IMG/VR virus record: IMGVR_UViG_2645727712_000001
From: an uncultured virus (IMG/VR IMGVR_UViG_2645727712_000001)
Taxonomy: Duplodnaviria; Heunggongvirae; Uroviricota; Caudoviricetes
Direction: 5' to 3' (one strand)
DNA length: 64,000 bases
Part shown: piece after piece, positions 39,026 through 48,939 of the stretch
Position numbering within the stretch: position 1 is the first letter of the stretch
How the letters are laid out: every line of letters begins with the position of its first letter
Made by a program: the position numbers and the translations under genes
Notes under the pieces: model-generated
Seen by the model: only the letters and a program-made list of their open reading frames with translations
What the model was told of the DNA's origin: nothing
The model's database searches: none

Positions 39026-39079
39026 GGGGGTTCCTCCAAAGGCACATTGGATAAAGCCGCGGTGCGGCCGGTAGGTGGA

Positions 39080-39466
39080 TCAGTGGGTGGTAATGACGCG
39101 AACGGTGATCGATCCCTGGTAGGTAACCCCATCAGCGTCACGCTGGGCGTCCGACTGGATAACGCGCACAGAGACAGCCCTGCCGACGCTCAGCGGCAGC
39201 GGGCGCTCGTCCAGCGCGGAAATGACCTCCCCGTTGATGCGCTTCACCTCTGCCTGGCCAACTGTGTCAGACCAGACCGACAGGTACAGCAGGCGCTGTT
39301 CGCGCTTACGGCCCGATATCGGGCTGACGTTGGCTGAGACCTCGCGGTCGATCGACACATAGGGCATGTCAGCGTCCATGGGTGCACCGTCATAGACCGG
39401 ACAGCTCACCTCGGCCTGCAGCCTGGCAAAAATGGCCTCTTGCAGCGATACCGAGGGATCAGCCAT
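39080..39466 (-). CDS. tail terminator (DUF3168-like)
   Basis: LQEAIFARL...VYD...PYV. Confidence 0.8.
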   Translation of the reverse strand: MADPSVSLQEAIFARLQAEVSCPVYDGAPMDADMPYVSIDREVSANVSPISGRKREQRLLYLSVWSDTVGQAEVKRINGEVISALDERPLPLSVGRAVSVRVIQSDAQRDADGVTYQGSITVRVITTH

Positions 39467-39959
39467 TGCCCACCCCCTGGCTTGCCTTGCGCAGCGTGCG
39501 GCGTACTGCTGCCTCGATATCGGCCATCACATACTCGCGGTTGACGTCCATCGAGGGCCGAAGCCATGGGTGCGCCGGCCGGGCCGGAATGTCTGGGTGC
39601 TTGCCGAAGAAGTGCTCACCATCGCTCTTGTTCGTTTCGCGCTGCTTGCGGCCGGCTGAACGCCTGCCCCCGATATAGCCCTTGGTGCCGTACTCGATGA
39701 AGCGCAGGTAGAAGAACTTGCGGTTGTCGCGCTTGCCCCTGATCCCGATCTGCGCATCAAGGCCGCTGGGTGCGACGTAGATTCTCAGCGCGGCTGCGGC
39801 AGCGCCGGTGTCCCTCGGCATCAGCTGCTGCTGAGTGGCCAAGATGCGCTCTGCAGCTTGGCGCATGGCCGGGGCCAGTTCGTTGTCCATCGTCTTGTGG
39901 ATGTTGCGCAACGTTCGCCGGAGGCGGATATCGCCGCGCATCTTCGAGCGGCGGGCCAT
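39459..39959 (-). CDS. HK97 gp10-like protein
   Basis: FYLRFIEYGT, PAHPWLRP. Confidence 0.85.
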   Translation of the reverse strand: MARRSKMRGDIRLRRTLRNIHKTMDNELAPAMRQAAERILATQQQLMPRDTGAAAAALRIYVAPSGLDAQIGIRGKRDNRKFFYLRFIEYGTKGYIGGRRSAGRKQRETNKSDGEHFFGKHPDIPARPAHPWLRPSMDVNREYVMADIEAAVRRTLRKASQGVGNG

Positions 39960-39962
39960 GGC

Positions 39963-40136
39963 CTACTCCTTGGCCTGGGCCTTGGCTGTTTTTTCCTGGG
40001 CCGCGTCTTCCTTGACCTCGATCGCGTAGCCGCGGGCGATCAGGCCTTCGCCGTATTCCTTCTTCACCTCGAAGATATCGCCCTTTTCGCGCTCGCCGGA
40101 TGCACCGGTCAGCGGGCCCAATGCTTGAATTTTCAT
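39963..40136 (-). CDS. small virion-region protein (57 aa, MKIQALGPLTG...)
   Basis: GAGGTG RBS; GDIFEV...LIARGYA; manual translation. Confidence 0.65.
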   Translation of the reverse strand: MKIQALGPLTGASGEREKGDIFEVKKEYGEGLIARGYAIEVKEDAAQEKTAKAQAKE

Positions 40137-40144
40137 GGTTCACC

Positions 40145-40471
40145 TCATGGGTTTGGTACCGATGAGCAAAGAAGTCTCATCAGCGTGTTTTCGTTGTCTG
40201 GCAATACAGCCTCGACCTGATAGGTGACGCCGCGGCGGGTGAGCCTTACGCCTGCCACCATGTCAGCTCGAGGCCTGCTGATAATCTCGGCTGTAACTAT
40301 CGCTTTGAGCTTTTCAGCTACAGCGATGATCCGGCCAGAGGGTGTGCGCACTTCACCCCACATCTTTGGACGAGCTGCAGGGAGCCAGGTGACGACAGCC
40401 CCACCGGACTTGGTGCGCTCCTCGTGACGGAAAGTGACTTCGAATAAATGGCGAAGCGGGCCGGCCCTCAT
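40145..40471 (-). CDS. head closure / head-tail adaptor
   Basis: MRAGPLRH start motif; position. Confidence 0.8.
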   Translation of the reverse strand: MRAGPLRHLFEVTFRHEERTKSGGAVVTWLPAARPKMWGEVRTPSGRIIAVAEKLKAIVTAEIISRPRADMVAGVRLTRRGVTYQVEAVLPDNENTLMRLLCSSVPNP

Positions 40472-40809
40472 ATGCCCCACCCCACCCGGTACGGGGTCAG
40501 CAAGGCCTGCGAACCTCGAGGCAGTTCAGTGGCGATGGTCCCCGTCACTACGTCTTCTCGGTTGGCGTAGAGGTGCCCCAGGATTAGAAGGCACGCCGCC
40601 TTGAACGGGGCGTTGCTGAGCATAGGCTTCTCCCCGGCCAGGCCTGCCAGTATCGCCTCTGCCATTGATTGCGCATCGACGTAAACCTGGCGGTTGAGAT
40701 AGTTCATTGCCGAGAGCTCGGCCGAGTCGATCAGCAGCTGCAGGTAATCGTCGTCATCGTCCGGATCACGCAGGTGGGCGCGGGCCAGCGCCATGCTGAT
40801 CACTGACAT
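40468..40809 (-). CDS. head-tail connector (HK97 gp6-like)
   Basis: ARAHLR...DDDYL, LLILGHLYANRE, LLTPYR. Confidence 0.88.
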   Translation of the reverse strand: MSVISMALARAHLRDPDDDDDYLQLLIDSAELSAMNYLNRQVYVDAQSMAEAILAGLAGEKPMLSNAPFKAACLLILGHLYANREDVVTGTIATELPRGSQALLTPYRVGWGI

Positions 40810-40812
40810 GGT

Positions 40813-41304
40813 TCACTCCTCCAGTGGAGTGCGAGATACCAGATTGCGACGCTCTAGGTCTTCAGCATGCCGCCGCGGCACCTGGTAACTTGGGCCGCCG
40901 CGACGACGCAGTTCGCCTTCGTCCATGTAGGTCCGCATTGGGTAAACCTCGACACTGATAGGGTTCGGGTCTGTACGCGGAATCGTGGTCGACTCAGCTT
41001 TTACCTGGTCTCCACTGGCTGCTTGGCGCTGCTCGTCGATACGCGACTGCGTGACCTCAGTTGCATCAGCGTGCGAGGCGGATATTTCGGTTGCTGTCGG
41101 TTGCTCCACGAGCAATGGCCTCATTTGCTCGAGGCCAGAGTCGGCATTCACCGTGACAATTGCCGGTGCCTGCTCAGGATCGAGCGGCGAAACCTGCTCG
41201 GCTGGTCGGTCTTTGGACTGAGAATCCTCGAGCTGATGTTGCAACGCTTCGGGCGCTGAGGGCGTGACCGTGTCAGCCTTGTCCTGCTTTTTCGTGCTGG
41301 CCAT
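40813..41304 (-). CDS. phage hypothetical protein
   Basis: GAGGAG RBS; low-complexity N-terminus, conserved-looking C-terminus. Confidence 0.65.
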   Translation of the reverse strand: MASTKKQDKADTVTPSAPEALQHQLEDSQSKDRPAEQVSPLDPEQAPAIVTVNADSGLEQMRPLLVEQPTATEISASHADATEVTQSRIDEQRQAASGDQVKAESTTIPRTDPNPISVEVYPMRTYMDEGELRRRGGPSYQVPRRHAEDLERRNLVSRTPLEE

Positions 41305-41351
41305 GAGATTGACTCCTCAATGGCGCCGGGGCCGGCGCCGTTTTTGTTGGG

Positions 41352-42545
41352 TTAGGACGTGCGAGTGAGCGGGCCAGTGACGAAAGCTTCGCCTCGATAG
41401 ATGGCCAATGCTAAGCGCTGCTCCGCACGGACGGTCACCATGTTGTTCTCGAAGTCTTTGTCGTTCTCGGTCGAGATGAGGATCTCAACATCCATGCGGT
41501 CGAAGATCTGGGCACCTAGACCGAATGCACCTACCAGGAAGTCATCGACCGGCATGGCCTGCGTGGCAACTACGGGACGCCGCCACAGAGTGGGTTGGGT
41601 GTCACCTTGAGGCTGGCCAATCAGATAGCGTCCTTGTGCATCCTTGAGCAGCTCGATCATGGCCCAGTCGATTGGGTTGAGAACGATGCCGTCCGAGGGA
41701 TACTCAGCGAGCTCTGCCTGCAGCAGCGCCAAACGAATGCGGTCAATGCGCTGCTCACCTGGCACAACAACACCGCCAGGAGGCGAGTAGAGCTGAGCCG
41801 CCGGTACGATCCCCCCAATGTTCGCTCCGGTACCGTTACCGAACAGCATCTGCGACTCTTCCGCGAGTTTCAGGCCGTAGTAGCCACGAGCGTCAATAAA
41901 GCTGCGCAGCGCAGGTGCATCGTCCAGGATCTGCCGACTGGCCTTGAACAAGTGAGCCAGCGTGCGAACGGGCGCGTTCTCCAGCTTGAATTTAATGTCG
42001 GAGTAGGGCTTGGCGGTACCTTCGGCGACTGGTCGGGCGCTGTTGGTGAAACCTTCCTCTTGAACGTACTCCACCGAGTTGCTGCCAGTCTGGCCTGGTG
42101 CGATGAGGTCACGGATAGTCAGTCGACGCTCAGGGATTGCCTGGATGCCGTAGCGGCGATCAGCAGGTACTGTGTCCGCCGCCGATCCGGTTGCCGAGGT
42201 GATAGCTGCCCGAGCTACCGAGATGCGGCGGGAGCCGCGGAACGAGGAATCAACACCCTCCATCTCCTGAGATGCCGTGACGATTTCGCCGGCCGTCTTT
42301 TGGCGGTCCGGCTCACTGCGCGAGCGGTTAGCGTTAACGAGCTTTTGCTCTGCTTCCTGCAAGCGCGCCGAGACCTCGCCCTGCTTGGTCAGCAGCTCGT
42401 CGACCTTCGCACGCGTTTCGGCGTTCATCTCACCGGAAGCTTTGATCTGCTTCTCGGTGGCCTCGGCCTGGCTTTTGATTTGGTCGCCGATGCCCTTGAG
42501 CGTGGCGTTGATTTCTTTGACTTGGGCTTCATAGTCCACGGTCAT
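41352..42545 (-). CDS. major capsid protein (HK97 fold)
   Basis: coiled-coil delta domain, VAEGTAKP, DFENNMVTVRAE. Confidence 0.93.
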   Translation of the reverse strand: MTVDYEAQVKEINATLKGIGDQIKSQAEATEKQIKASGEMNAETRAKVDELLTKQGEVSARLQEAEQKLVNANRSRSEPDRQKTAGEIVTASQEMEGVDSSFRGSRRISVARAAITSATGSAADTVPADRRYGIQAIPERRLTIRDLIAPGQTGSNSVEYVQEEGFTNSARPVAEGTAKPYSDIKFKLENAPVRTLAHLFKASRQILDDAPALRSFIDARGYYGLKLAEESQMLFGNGTGANIGGIVPAAQLYSPPGGVVVPGEQRIDRIRLALLQAELAEYPSDGIVLNPIDWAMIELLKDAQGRYLIGQPQGDTQPTLWRRPVVATQAMPVDDFLVGAFGLGAQIFDRMDVEILISTENDKDFENNMVTVRAEQRLALAIYRGEAFVTGPLTRTS

Positions 42546-43399
42546 TTACCTTTCAGAGAGTTCAAGAGATTGGTTGCCGCGCTCAGTGAGGCGGAGAGGT
42601 CTGGCGCGACAGCGTTCGGCTTGTCGGTCAGGGCAGCGCGAGGCGTACCCCCGCCAGCAGCGCGAGGCATGCTGGACTTGAAACTGGCAAACAATTCGCG
42701 GCGCTCGGACCGGGGCATACCGGCTTTCGCGAGCGCTGTGTCCATGGCCTTCAGGGCGTTGGCCTGGGCAGATTCCTCGGTCTCCCGCTCGGTGATTTCC
42801 CCCGGGGCGAGGATGCTGGTAGCTAGGCCGAGCTCCACGGCACGCTTGCCGCGGATGAACGTCTCGTCGTCCATCAGCTCCGCCATGCTTTCAGGGGTCT
42901 GGCCGCTGGTCTCGGCGTAGAGGTCGCTCATGGCGGCGTCGAACTCCTGCATGTCGTCGGCCACGTCGCGCAGGTAGTGGCGGTTGCCGGCGAGGAAGGT
43001 CCAGCAGTTGTGGATCATCAGGAAGGCGCTGCTGGCGACCTGGCGCTCGGCGCCAGCCAGGTAGATGATCGACGCGGCGCTGGCTGCCATACCCAGCACC
43101 TTGGTGGTGACCTTCTGGCTGTGCTCGAGCAGGCGGTTGTAGATGGCAATGCCTTCGAACATGTCACCGCCTGGCGAGTTGATGTACACCGTCACCTCAC
43201 GGTCGCCAATGGCCCGCAGCGCCGCATCGATACGTTTGAGGGTCACGCCCTCCCCGTACCAGTCCTCACCGATCACGCCGTAGATGGTGATGGTTTCCGA
43301 GGTGTTTTCCACGGCCGCCTGGATGGCGGGGTTCCATTTATCGAGCGCACGCGGGCTCATCTCGCTGCGCAGGCCGCGAGACTGGATCTTGTGTTTCAT
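42542..43399 (-). CDS. ClpP-like prohead protease
   Basis: INSPGGD, AASAAS, MIHN. Confidence 0.92.
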   Translation of the reverse strand: MKHKIQSRGLRSEMSPRALDKWNPAIQAAVENTSETITIYGVIGEDWYGEGVTLKRIDAALRAIGDREVTVYINSPGGDMFEGIAIYNRLLEHSQKVTTKVLGMAASAASIIYLAGAERQVASSAFLMIHNCWTFLAGNRHYLRDVADDMQEFDAAMSDLYAETSGQTPESMAELMDDETFIRGKRAVELGLATSILAPGEITERETEESAQANALKAMDTALAKAGMPRSERRELFASFKSSMPRAAGGGTPRAALTDKPNAVAPDLSASLSAATNLLNSLKGK

Positions 43400-43402
43400 G
43401 GG

Positions 43403-44704
43403 TTACTCCCCGGAGTTGCTTTGAAGCCAGTTCATCAGCGCCGCGCGCGCGGCTTGGCTGTCGTTTTGTTTGCCCAGCTGGTCAAGCGGTACCAGGTTCG
43501 ATTGCACGGTGAGGATGTCGCCGCCAGGCATGCTGGGCAGGTTCTCTTTGTGTCGACCCTCGTTTCGGGTCATGTAGCCGTTTTGGCCCATGGTGCTGAG
43601 GTAGGCGGCACGGCCGGCACTGTCAGCGCGCAGGAAGGCTTCCAGCGAAAACTCCGCGTAGTGCTTGATCCGGTCAACCGCTGTCAGGCATCGCTTGTTC
43701 ACGCACTGCTCGATTGGCGCCGTGTAGGTCATGATGCAATAGGTCAGGAACGCGATTTGCTGTTGCTCAAGGCCTGTACCCCAGTTACTGCCTTTGTCAG
43801 TTTTCATCACCATCCAGGGCGGCACGCCGAACCAACGGCAGATCTCCTCGATGCTGTGCCCACGTGACTCGAGCAGCTGGGCGTCAGCCGGGTTAATGCC
43901 GATCATCTCGGGCTTCACGCCTTGCTCGAGCACCGGGCTCTTACCCGCATTGAGCGCGCCAGAAATCGTCTTAACGTAGTCTCGAAATTCGGCACGCTGC
44001 GTGGGGTTGAGCGTCTTATCCACCGAGAAAGCTACGGTGGGCATCATCCCGTTCTTGAAGGTGGTATTGGCAGCATCGTCGGCCGACATGGCCGAGCCGA
44101 ATACATCGGCGCCGTAACGAATTGCCGAGAGGCCCATCCGGCCATCCAGGGTGAAGGCCGGGATGTGCAACATGTCGCCCTGGGCAATCTCTCGGCGAGC
44201 GCCCTTGCGCGGCTGGAAAAAGTAGCGCAGCCGACCATCATCGTCCGCCTCCGGAGTTACCCGCGACGGCATCAGGAAGTCTAGTGCGATGACCCGCCCG
44301 CCGGATCGGTGAATCTCACAGTAAGCATTGCCCCACAGCAGCATCGAAGCGACGACCGCCTGCCAGAAGTGGAAGGCCGCCATGTCCTCATTGGGGCTGT
44401 TGTGCACCACGTCGTAGAGCGGGAAGTCTCGCGCCGTCTCGCGCCCGCCGTCCGGGAGGCGCCGGTAGATGCTGAGTGGCAAGCCTGCCACCGAGGTGGA
44501 GATGATGCGAACGCAGGCCCAGACCGCCGACAGGCGCATGGCCTTGTCGACCGTGACTGACTTGCCGCTACTGGACTGGGCGCCCAAGAAGGCGCTCCAG
44601 AACCCACCGTCCGACAACCGAATGCTTTTGCCCAGCCAACTGCTCATGCTTGCCGAGGGTTTGGCGGCTGCTGTGCCGAGCGCTTGAGAGAGGGTTTTAA
44701 TCAC
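43403..44704 (-). CDS. portal protein (HK97 family)
   Basis: AVWACVRII, LLWGNAY, EICRWFGVPP, TRNEGR. Confidence 0.93.
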   Translation of the reverse strand: MIKTLSQALGTAAAKPSASMSSWLGKSIRLSDGGFWSAFLGAQSSSGKSVTVDKAMRLSAVWACVRIISTSVAGLPLSIYRRLPDGGRETARDFPLYDVVHNSPNEDMAAFHFWQAVVASMLLWGNAYCEIHRSGGRVIALDFLMPSRVTPEADDDGRLRYFFQPRKGARREIAQGDMLHIPAFTLDGRMGLSAIRYGADVFGSAMSADDAANTTFKNGMMPTVAFSVDKTLNPTQRAEFRDYVKTISGALNAGKSPVLEQGVKPEMIGINPADAQLLESRGHSIEEICRWFGVPPWMVMKTDKGSNWGTGLEQQQIAFLTYCIMTYTAPIEQCVNKRCLTAVDRIKHYAEFSLEAFLRADSAGRAAYLSTMGQNGYMTRNEGRHKENLPSMPGGDILTVQSNLVPLDQLGKQNDSQAARAALMNWLQSNSGE

Positions 44705-44858
44705 TGCTCAGCCCTCGGCGAATGAACGCTGCAATGCTGAACAGGCTGACCGAGCCCGCGATCAGAGACCAGCCCGTACCCGCCAGCATCCAGACGCCCG
44801 CGCAGGCCAGGCCGAATCCGCACACCGCGCAGATGATGAAATAGTGAAATGCGTTCAT
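44697..44858 (-). CDS. small 2-TM protein (53 aa)
   Basis: overlaps the terminase stop and the portal start; manual translation MNAFHYFIICAVCG... Confidence 0.6.
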   Translation of the reverse strand: MNAFHYFIICAVCGFGLACAGVWMLAGTGWSLIAGSVSLFSIAAFIRRGLSSD

Positions 44859-46543
44859 GCGATCAGTGGATCCCGAATGCCGGCCATGAAGTTTTCCATG
44901 CCGCCTTGGCCCTCGGGATTGAGGGCCATCAGCGTCACAGCGTTGAATAGCGCCATCAGCGGGTCGATCTTGGCCGAGCCGCTGGCCTGCTTAGTAATGA
45001 GGATCGAGTTGCCACGGGGCTCGACTTTGGCGTTACCGCAACACCAGGCCATCATCGGCTGGCCACCGTGTAGTAGCGTGCCCTCGGCCAGTTTGCGCTC
45101 GGCGGTCTTGATGGCTCCGCCCAGACGCCAGCCTTGGGAAATGCCATCGATCTTTTCGCGCGGAATCCCAACAGCCTCCAGCGCGTCGAGGATCGCCCCG
45201 ACGCCGGCCGGGTCCAGTCCGACCTTGTCCAGCAGGCCGGCCTGCTCAACCTGCGCCACCAGCTGTGCCACCGCCTCGATGTCGTCACCGATGCGTTCAA
45301 CCAGGGTTAGGTGTCCATCCTTAGCGAAGTCGCGGATGCGCGGCGCTTCAGCTTTTCGCCGCTCCAGCACCGATGGATGGGCCCAAGCGTGGGTCCAGGC
45401 CAGCCAGCGCCGCGTGCCCTGCTCTCGACCGAGTGCTGCAAAGCCAAGCAAGTCATCCAGCCCCCCGCCATCGACACCGATATCAATCACCTCGCAGCGC
45501 TCAATCAGGTCTTCCAACGTCCGGCATAGCTCGGAGGTCTGTGTCTCCCAGAAATCAGCACCCGCCCAGCGATCCGAAAGCAGCGCCAAGCCGATCTCGA
45601 CGTTTAGGTGCTTGGCCAGGAAGCCGCGAAACGACTCCTCGCCGTCCAGCTGGGCCTGTGCGTAACCACGCTCGATGAAAGGTTCGTCGACCGACAGCCC
45701 GAGATTTGGGTTGGTGATGTAGGCGTTGGAGAAATCCCGATGTTCGCCGGCGTCCAGCATCGCCTTGGGAAACTCATACAGCACCGGCAGGAACGACTTG
45801 TCGACGATCTCGCCGTCGCGCACCTTGCGGGCGTACATCAGCTTCTGCCGGAACACGCCAGCAGGCGGGGCGTCGGACTGAGTGGTGGCCCAGATGATGA
45901 ACCCCTCCGGTCGGGATGCCAGGCCACCGGTGGCCTCTCTCAGCATCGCCTCGGCATTGGCGCGTTTGCCGAACACCCACAGCTCGTCAATGAACACGCC
46001 AATGGCCTTTTTGCCCGACACAGTCTCGCTGTCTGCCGCTACAACCTTGAGCGTGGCGTTGGTCTGTCGGTGCGTCACAGTGCGCAGGTGATCCTGCACT
46101 TTGAGCAAGGCTTTGAGCTCTTCGTCGGCGCCCACCATGTCCCTAATCGGAAGGTAGGAGTTGTCCGCGATTTCCTTGGTCGGTGCGAGAATGATGAACT
46201 CACCCGACGCTCGCCAGTTAAGGATCAGTGCGGTGAGCATGATGCCGGCGGCGATGGTCGACTTGCCGTTCTTCTTGCTGATCAGCAGCATGAACTCGCT
46301 GACCAGGCGCCGGCCAGAATCCGGGTCATAGGCCCCGAAGATCGCGGCCACAAACTGGTTGACCCAGTCACGTACGGTCTCGCACATCAACGGGCTGCCG
46401 GTCGCGTCCACCATGCGCAGCGCGCCGAACACGTCCAGGGCTTCCTCGGCCTCGGTCGGGAATAGCGGCTCGAACGGAATCAGGCTCTGGCGGGCAACGA
46501 TGCGCTGTTCCCAGTCTGGGCAGGCGGTTGACCACTCCATCAT
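44855..46543 (-). CDS. terminase large subunit
   Basis: ISKKNGKS Walker A, FIDELW, KIDPLMA. Confidence 0.93.
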   Translation of the reverse strand: MMEWSTACPDWEQRIVARQSLIPFEPLFPTEAEEALDVFGALRMVDATGSPLMCETVRDWVNQFVAAIFGAYDPDSGRRLVSEFMLLISKKNGKSTIAAGIMLTALILNWRASGEFIILAPTKEIADNSYLPIRDMVGADEELKALLKVQDHLRTVTHRQTNATLKVVAADSETVSGKKAIGVFIDELWVFGKRANAEAMLREATGGLASRPEGFIIWATTQSDAPPAGVFRQKLMYARKVRDGEIVDKSFLPVLYEFPKAMLDAGEHRDFSNAYITNPNLGLSVDEPFIERGYAQAQLDGEESFRGFLAKHLNVEIGLALLSDRWAGADFWETQTSELCRTLEDLIERCEVIDIGVDGGGLDDLLGFAALGREQGTRRWLAWTHAWAHPSVLERRKAEAPRIRDFAKDGHLTLVERIGDDIEAVAQLVAQVEQAGLLDKVGLDPAGVGAILDALEAVGIPREKIDGISQGWRLGGAIKTAERKLAEGTLLHGGQPMMAWCCGNAKVEPRGNSILITKQASGSAKIDPLMALFNAVTLMALNPEGQGGMENFMAGIRDPLIA

Positions 46544-47085
46544 TTCACCGACTGCAGCGGGCCGCGGCGGGTGCCGAACTTGCCGGTAGCTGCCTTATCG
46601 GCGTTGGCCTGGGCCTGGTCCTTCTTGCCGCTCTCGCCTTTGCGCGGGTGAACGAAAGGCATCAGGGCCTTGGCGGCGTCTACGCGAAGCTTCGCTTCCG
46701 TGCCCATGTCGTTCATCACCGAGAGGAGGAAGTCCTTCGGGTCACGGTGGAGCAGCGCCTGGGCCAGGTCGAAGCCGGCAGGTTCCGGCTCTGCTCGCTC
46801 CTCGGATTCCGGTGCCCCTTCCGGGCCCGGCTCAGCCTCTTTGGCAGCCTTGGCGGCGGGCCTGGCTTTAACATCCGGTTTAACATCGCCTTTAACATCT
46901 GGGGGCATCAGACCCAAGGCACGTAGCTTCATTAACTCGACTGCGACGTCCTTGTCCTTGACCAGCCGAGAACCCGCCGCAGACGCTGTGCGCTCGGAGT
47001 AGCCAGCGGCCACAGCAGCGTCCCGATTGGACGCACCTTCCCTCAGCGCGGCGATGAAAGCGCGCTTGCGGGATGTTAAAGCCAT
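46540..47085 (-). CDS. terminase small subunit
   Basis: LTSRKRAF...AAVAAGYS...AGSRL. Confidence 0.85.
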   Translation of the reverse strand: MALTSRKRAFIAALREGASNRDAAVAAGYSERTASAAGSRLVKDKDVAVELMKLRALGLMPPDVKGDVKPDVKARPAAKAAKEAEPGPEGAPESEERAEPEPAGFDLAQALLHRDPKDFLLSVMNDMGTEAKLRVDAAKALMPFVHPRKGESGKKDQAQANADKAATGKFGTRRGPLQSVK

Positions 47086-47240
47086 TTAACAAAAATCCTG
47101 TGGGGGAAAAAAATCTGTACGTGGGGTCGGGAGCGGTCTAGCTAGATGACAATCCCTAGCTTTTGACCCCCCTACCCCTTTGTGGCACGTCACTGGCGTG
47201 CTTAGGGAAAGATCCCGCACCTATCTGGTGCGCCGCGCGG

Positions 47241-47579
47241 TCAACCCACTAAGCCTGCGGCCTCTTCGGCTTGCTTGACCGTGTCGTGGCAGGACTTGCA
47301 GAGCGGTTGCCAGTTGTCCTGGTTCCAGAACAGATCGCGATCACCCCGGTGCGGCACGACATGGTCAACAACGCCGGCGGCGGTCGTTCGCCCGATCTTC
47401 GCGCAGTAGGCGCAGAGCGGGTGTTCTTCGAGATATCGCTCCCTCGCCTTCTGCCACTTGTAGTTGTACCCGCGCTGCGAGCTGGTCATTCCACTACGCC
47501 AACTGCTGGGGTCTACTAGCTTGACCCTAGTGTTTTCGGCTTCCTGTAGGCGGGGGCTGATCGTCTTGAGCCTGGCCAT
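47241..47579 (-). CDS. HNH endonuclease (HK97 gp74-like)
   Basis: CAYC, VDHVVPH, NWQPLCKSCH; upstream of the terminase. Confidence 0.9.
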   Translation of the reverse strand: MARLKTISPRLQEAENTRVKLVDPSSWRSGMTSSQRGYNYKWQKARERYLEEHPLCAYCAKIGRTTAAGVVDHVVPHRGDRDLFWNQDNWQPLCKSCHDTVKQAEEAAGLVG

Positions 47580-47737
47580 CAACGCACCTCGACCACGATG
47601 CCGCGCTCTATCCAGCGCGTGACGCGATCAAGGTGAGGATCACGCCCGGTGAGGTGACACGCCAGCAGCACGCCAGCCAAGTAGTACTTCAACCACCAGC
47701 GGTGGCGGCAGACGATCGTTGCGTAAACCTTGGCCAT
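47579..47737 (-). CDS. small phage protein (52 aa)
   Basis: MAKVYATIVCRHRWWLKYYL...; TGATG overlap with the HNH gene. Confidence 0.55.
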   Translation of the reverse strand: MAKVYATIVCRHRWWLKYYLAGVLLACHLTGRDPHLDRVTRWIERGIVVEVR

Positions 47738-47749
47738 GGCCGATGTTCC

Positions 47750-47980
47750 TTATCTCTTGTACCAAGTCAGCTGGTAGCACCGTGCATCAGGCGGTAACTC
47801 AGCAATGGGCCAGCGCAGGCAGTCCATGTGCTTGCGCTCTGGCCTGGTGCGACTCACCCTCAGCGTCTGCACCAGGTAGGCAGAACCAGCAGCAGTGGTT
47901 ATGTAGTCACCAACCGCGATGCCGTCGGCGCCGTCCACGTAAAGCTTGCAGGGTGTATACGGCGCTCGTGTCCTAGCCAC
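47750..47980 (-). CDS. phage hypothetical protein
   Basis: co-oriented ORF in the late operon. Confidence 0.6.
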   Translation of the reverse strand: MARTRAPYTPCKLYVDGADGIAVGDYITTAAGSAYLVQTLRVSRTRPERKHMDCLRWPIAELPPDARCYQLTWYKR

Positions 47981-47983
47981 CTC

Positions 47984-48181
47984 TCACCCCTCTCGGCGCA
48001 TACCAATTTGGCTGGCGATATCGGTGGCGCGCTCGCGAACCTCAAGCGTTTGGCCATCGAACGTATGGACGATGGCGCAGATGCCGTGCCACTGAGAGCT
48101 GGCGCTGGCCTCGCTTACACGAGCGATAGCAGCAGGCGCCAGGTAGTAATTGTTGCCGTTGGTGCTGGTCAGCTTGATCAC
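47984..48181 (-). CDS. phage hypothetical protein
   Basis: MIKLTSTNG...; overlaps the upstream stop. Confidence 0.6.
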   Translation of the reverse strand: MIKLTSTNGNNYYLAPAAIARVSEASASSQWHGICAIVHTFDGQTLEVRERATDIASQIGMRREG

Positions 48182-48507
48182 GGTCGTTCCTCGCTCTGCA
48201 CTCGATTGAGGGCTTCGTCAGCCTTGTCGGCGGCCTGGGTAGCGGTAGTCGCTGCCTTCGACGCCTTTGCGGCGGCGCTTCCAGTCTGCCTGGCTAGTTC
48301 ATCCAGGCGCTGGTCTCGCTGCAGACTGGCTTCGTCATAGGCTGCGCGGATCTCGGCGACCTGCTCCAGGTAACTGCGGGCAAGAGCCCATTGAGCGAGC
48401 TGGTAGCCGCCGAACCCGCCACCCACCACGAGCAACAGGGCGATTACCCAAACCTCGATGCGACGCCACCAGCGGCGGGCAATGAATTCAAGTGCGCATC
48501 TGTCCAT
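48178..48507 (-). CDS. membrane-anchored coiled-coil protein (lysis-region)
   Basis: one TM plus coiled coil; position after Q. Confidence 0.6.
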   Translation of the reverse strand: MDRCALEFIARRWWRRIEVWVIALLLVVGGGFGGYQLAQWALARSYLEQVAEIRAAYDEASLQRDQRLDELARQTGSAAAKASKAATTATQAADKADEALNRVQSEERP

Positions 48508-48878
48508 CACGTCATACCTCCGAGCTTGGTGCGCAAGCGGGCGATCTCTTCACTTTGCAGGGAGACGCGTTCAGTGAGCTGGCCGACCTGGCTGGTCAGA
48601 GCCTCGATCTTCCCTTCCATGCGCCCAACGGTGGCAGCAAGGTCGTTGCGCTCCTTGGCGAACTGATCAGCGCGAGCCTCGGCCAGCTTGCGGGCCTCAC
48701 GCTCGGAATCGAGCAGCTCATTCAGCCGGCGCACGGTGCCGATATCGGCATTATCCATGGCGCGGTCAGTGGCGTCCTTGGAGAGGAACTTGCGCAGCCA
48801 CAAGAAGCCGCCCAGCAACACGGTACCCGTTCCGCCCAGCCAGGTGGCTGTGCCTGGCCCAAGGTCGGTCGGATCCAT
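48507..48878 (-). CDS. putative holin-like membrane/coiled-coil protein
   Basis: N-terminal TM, coiled coil, first gene after the pagL terminator; function inferred from position only. Confidence 0.5.
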   Translation of the reverse strand: MDPTDLGPGTATWLGGTGTVLLGGFLWLRKFLSKDATDRAMDNADIGTVRRLNELLDSEREARKLAEARADQFAKERNDLAATVGRMEGKIEALTSQVGQLTERVSLQSEEIARLRTKLGGMT

Positions 48879-48939
48879 TCAAAATCTCCAAAAATGAAAA
48901 AGCCCGCACATGGCGGGCAAGGGGAGGTACGCAGAAAAG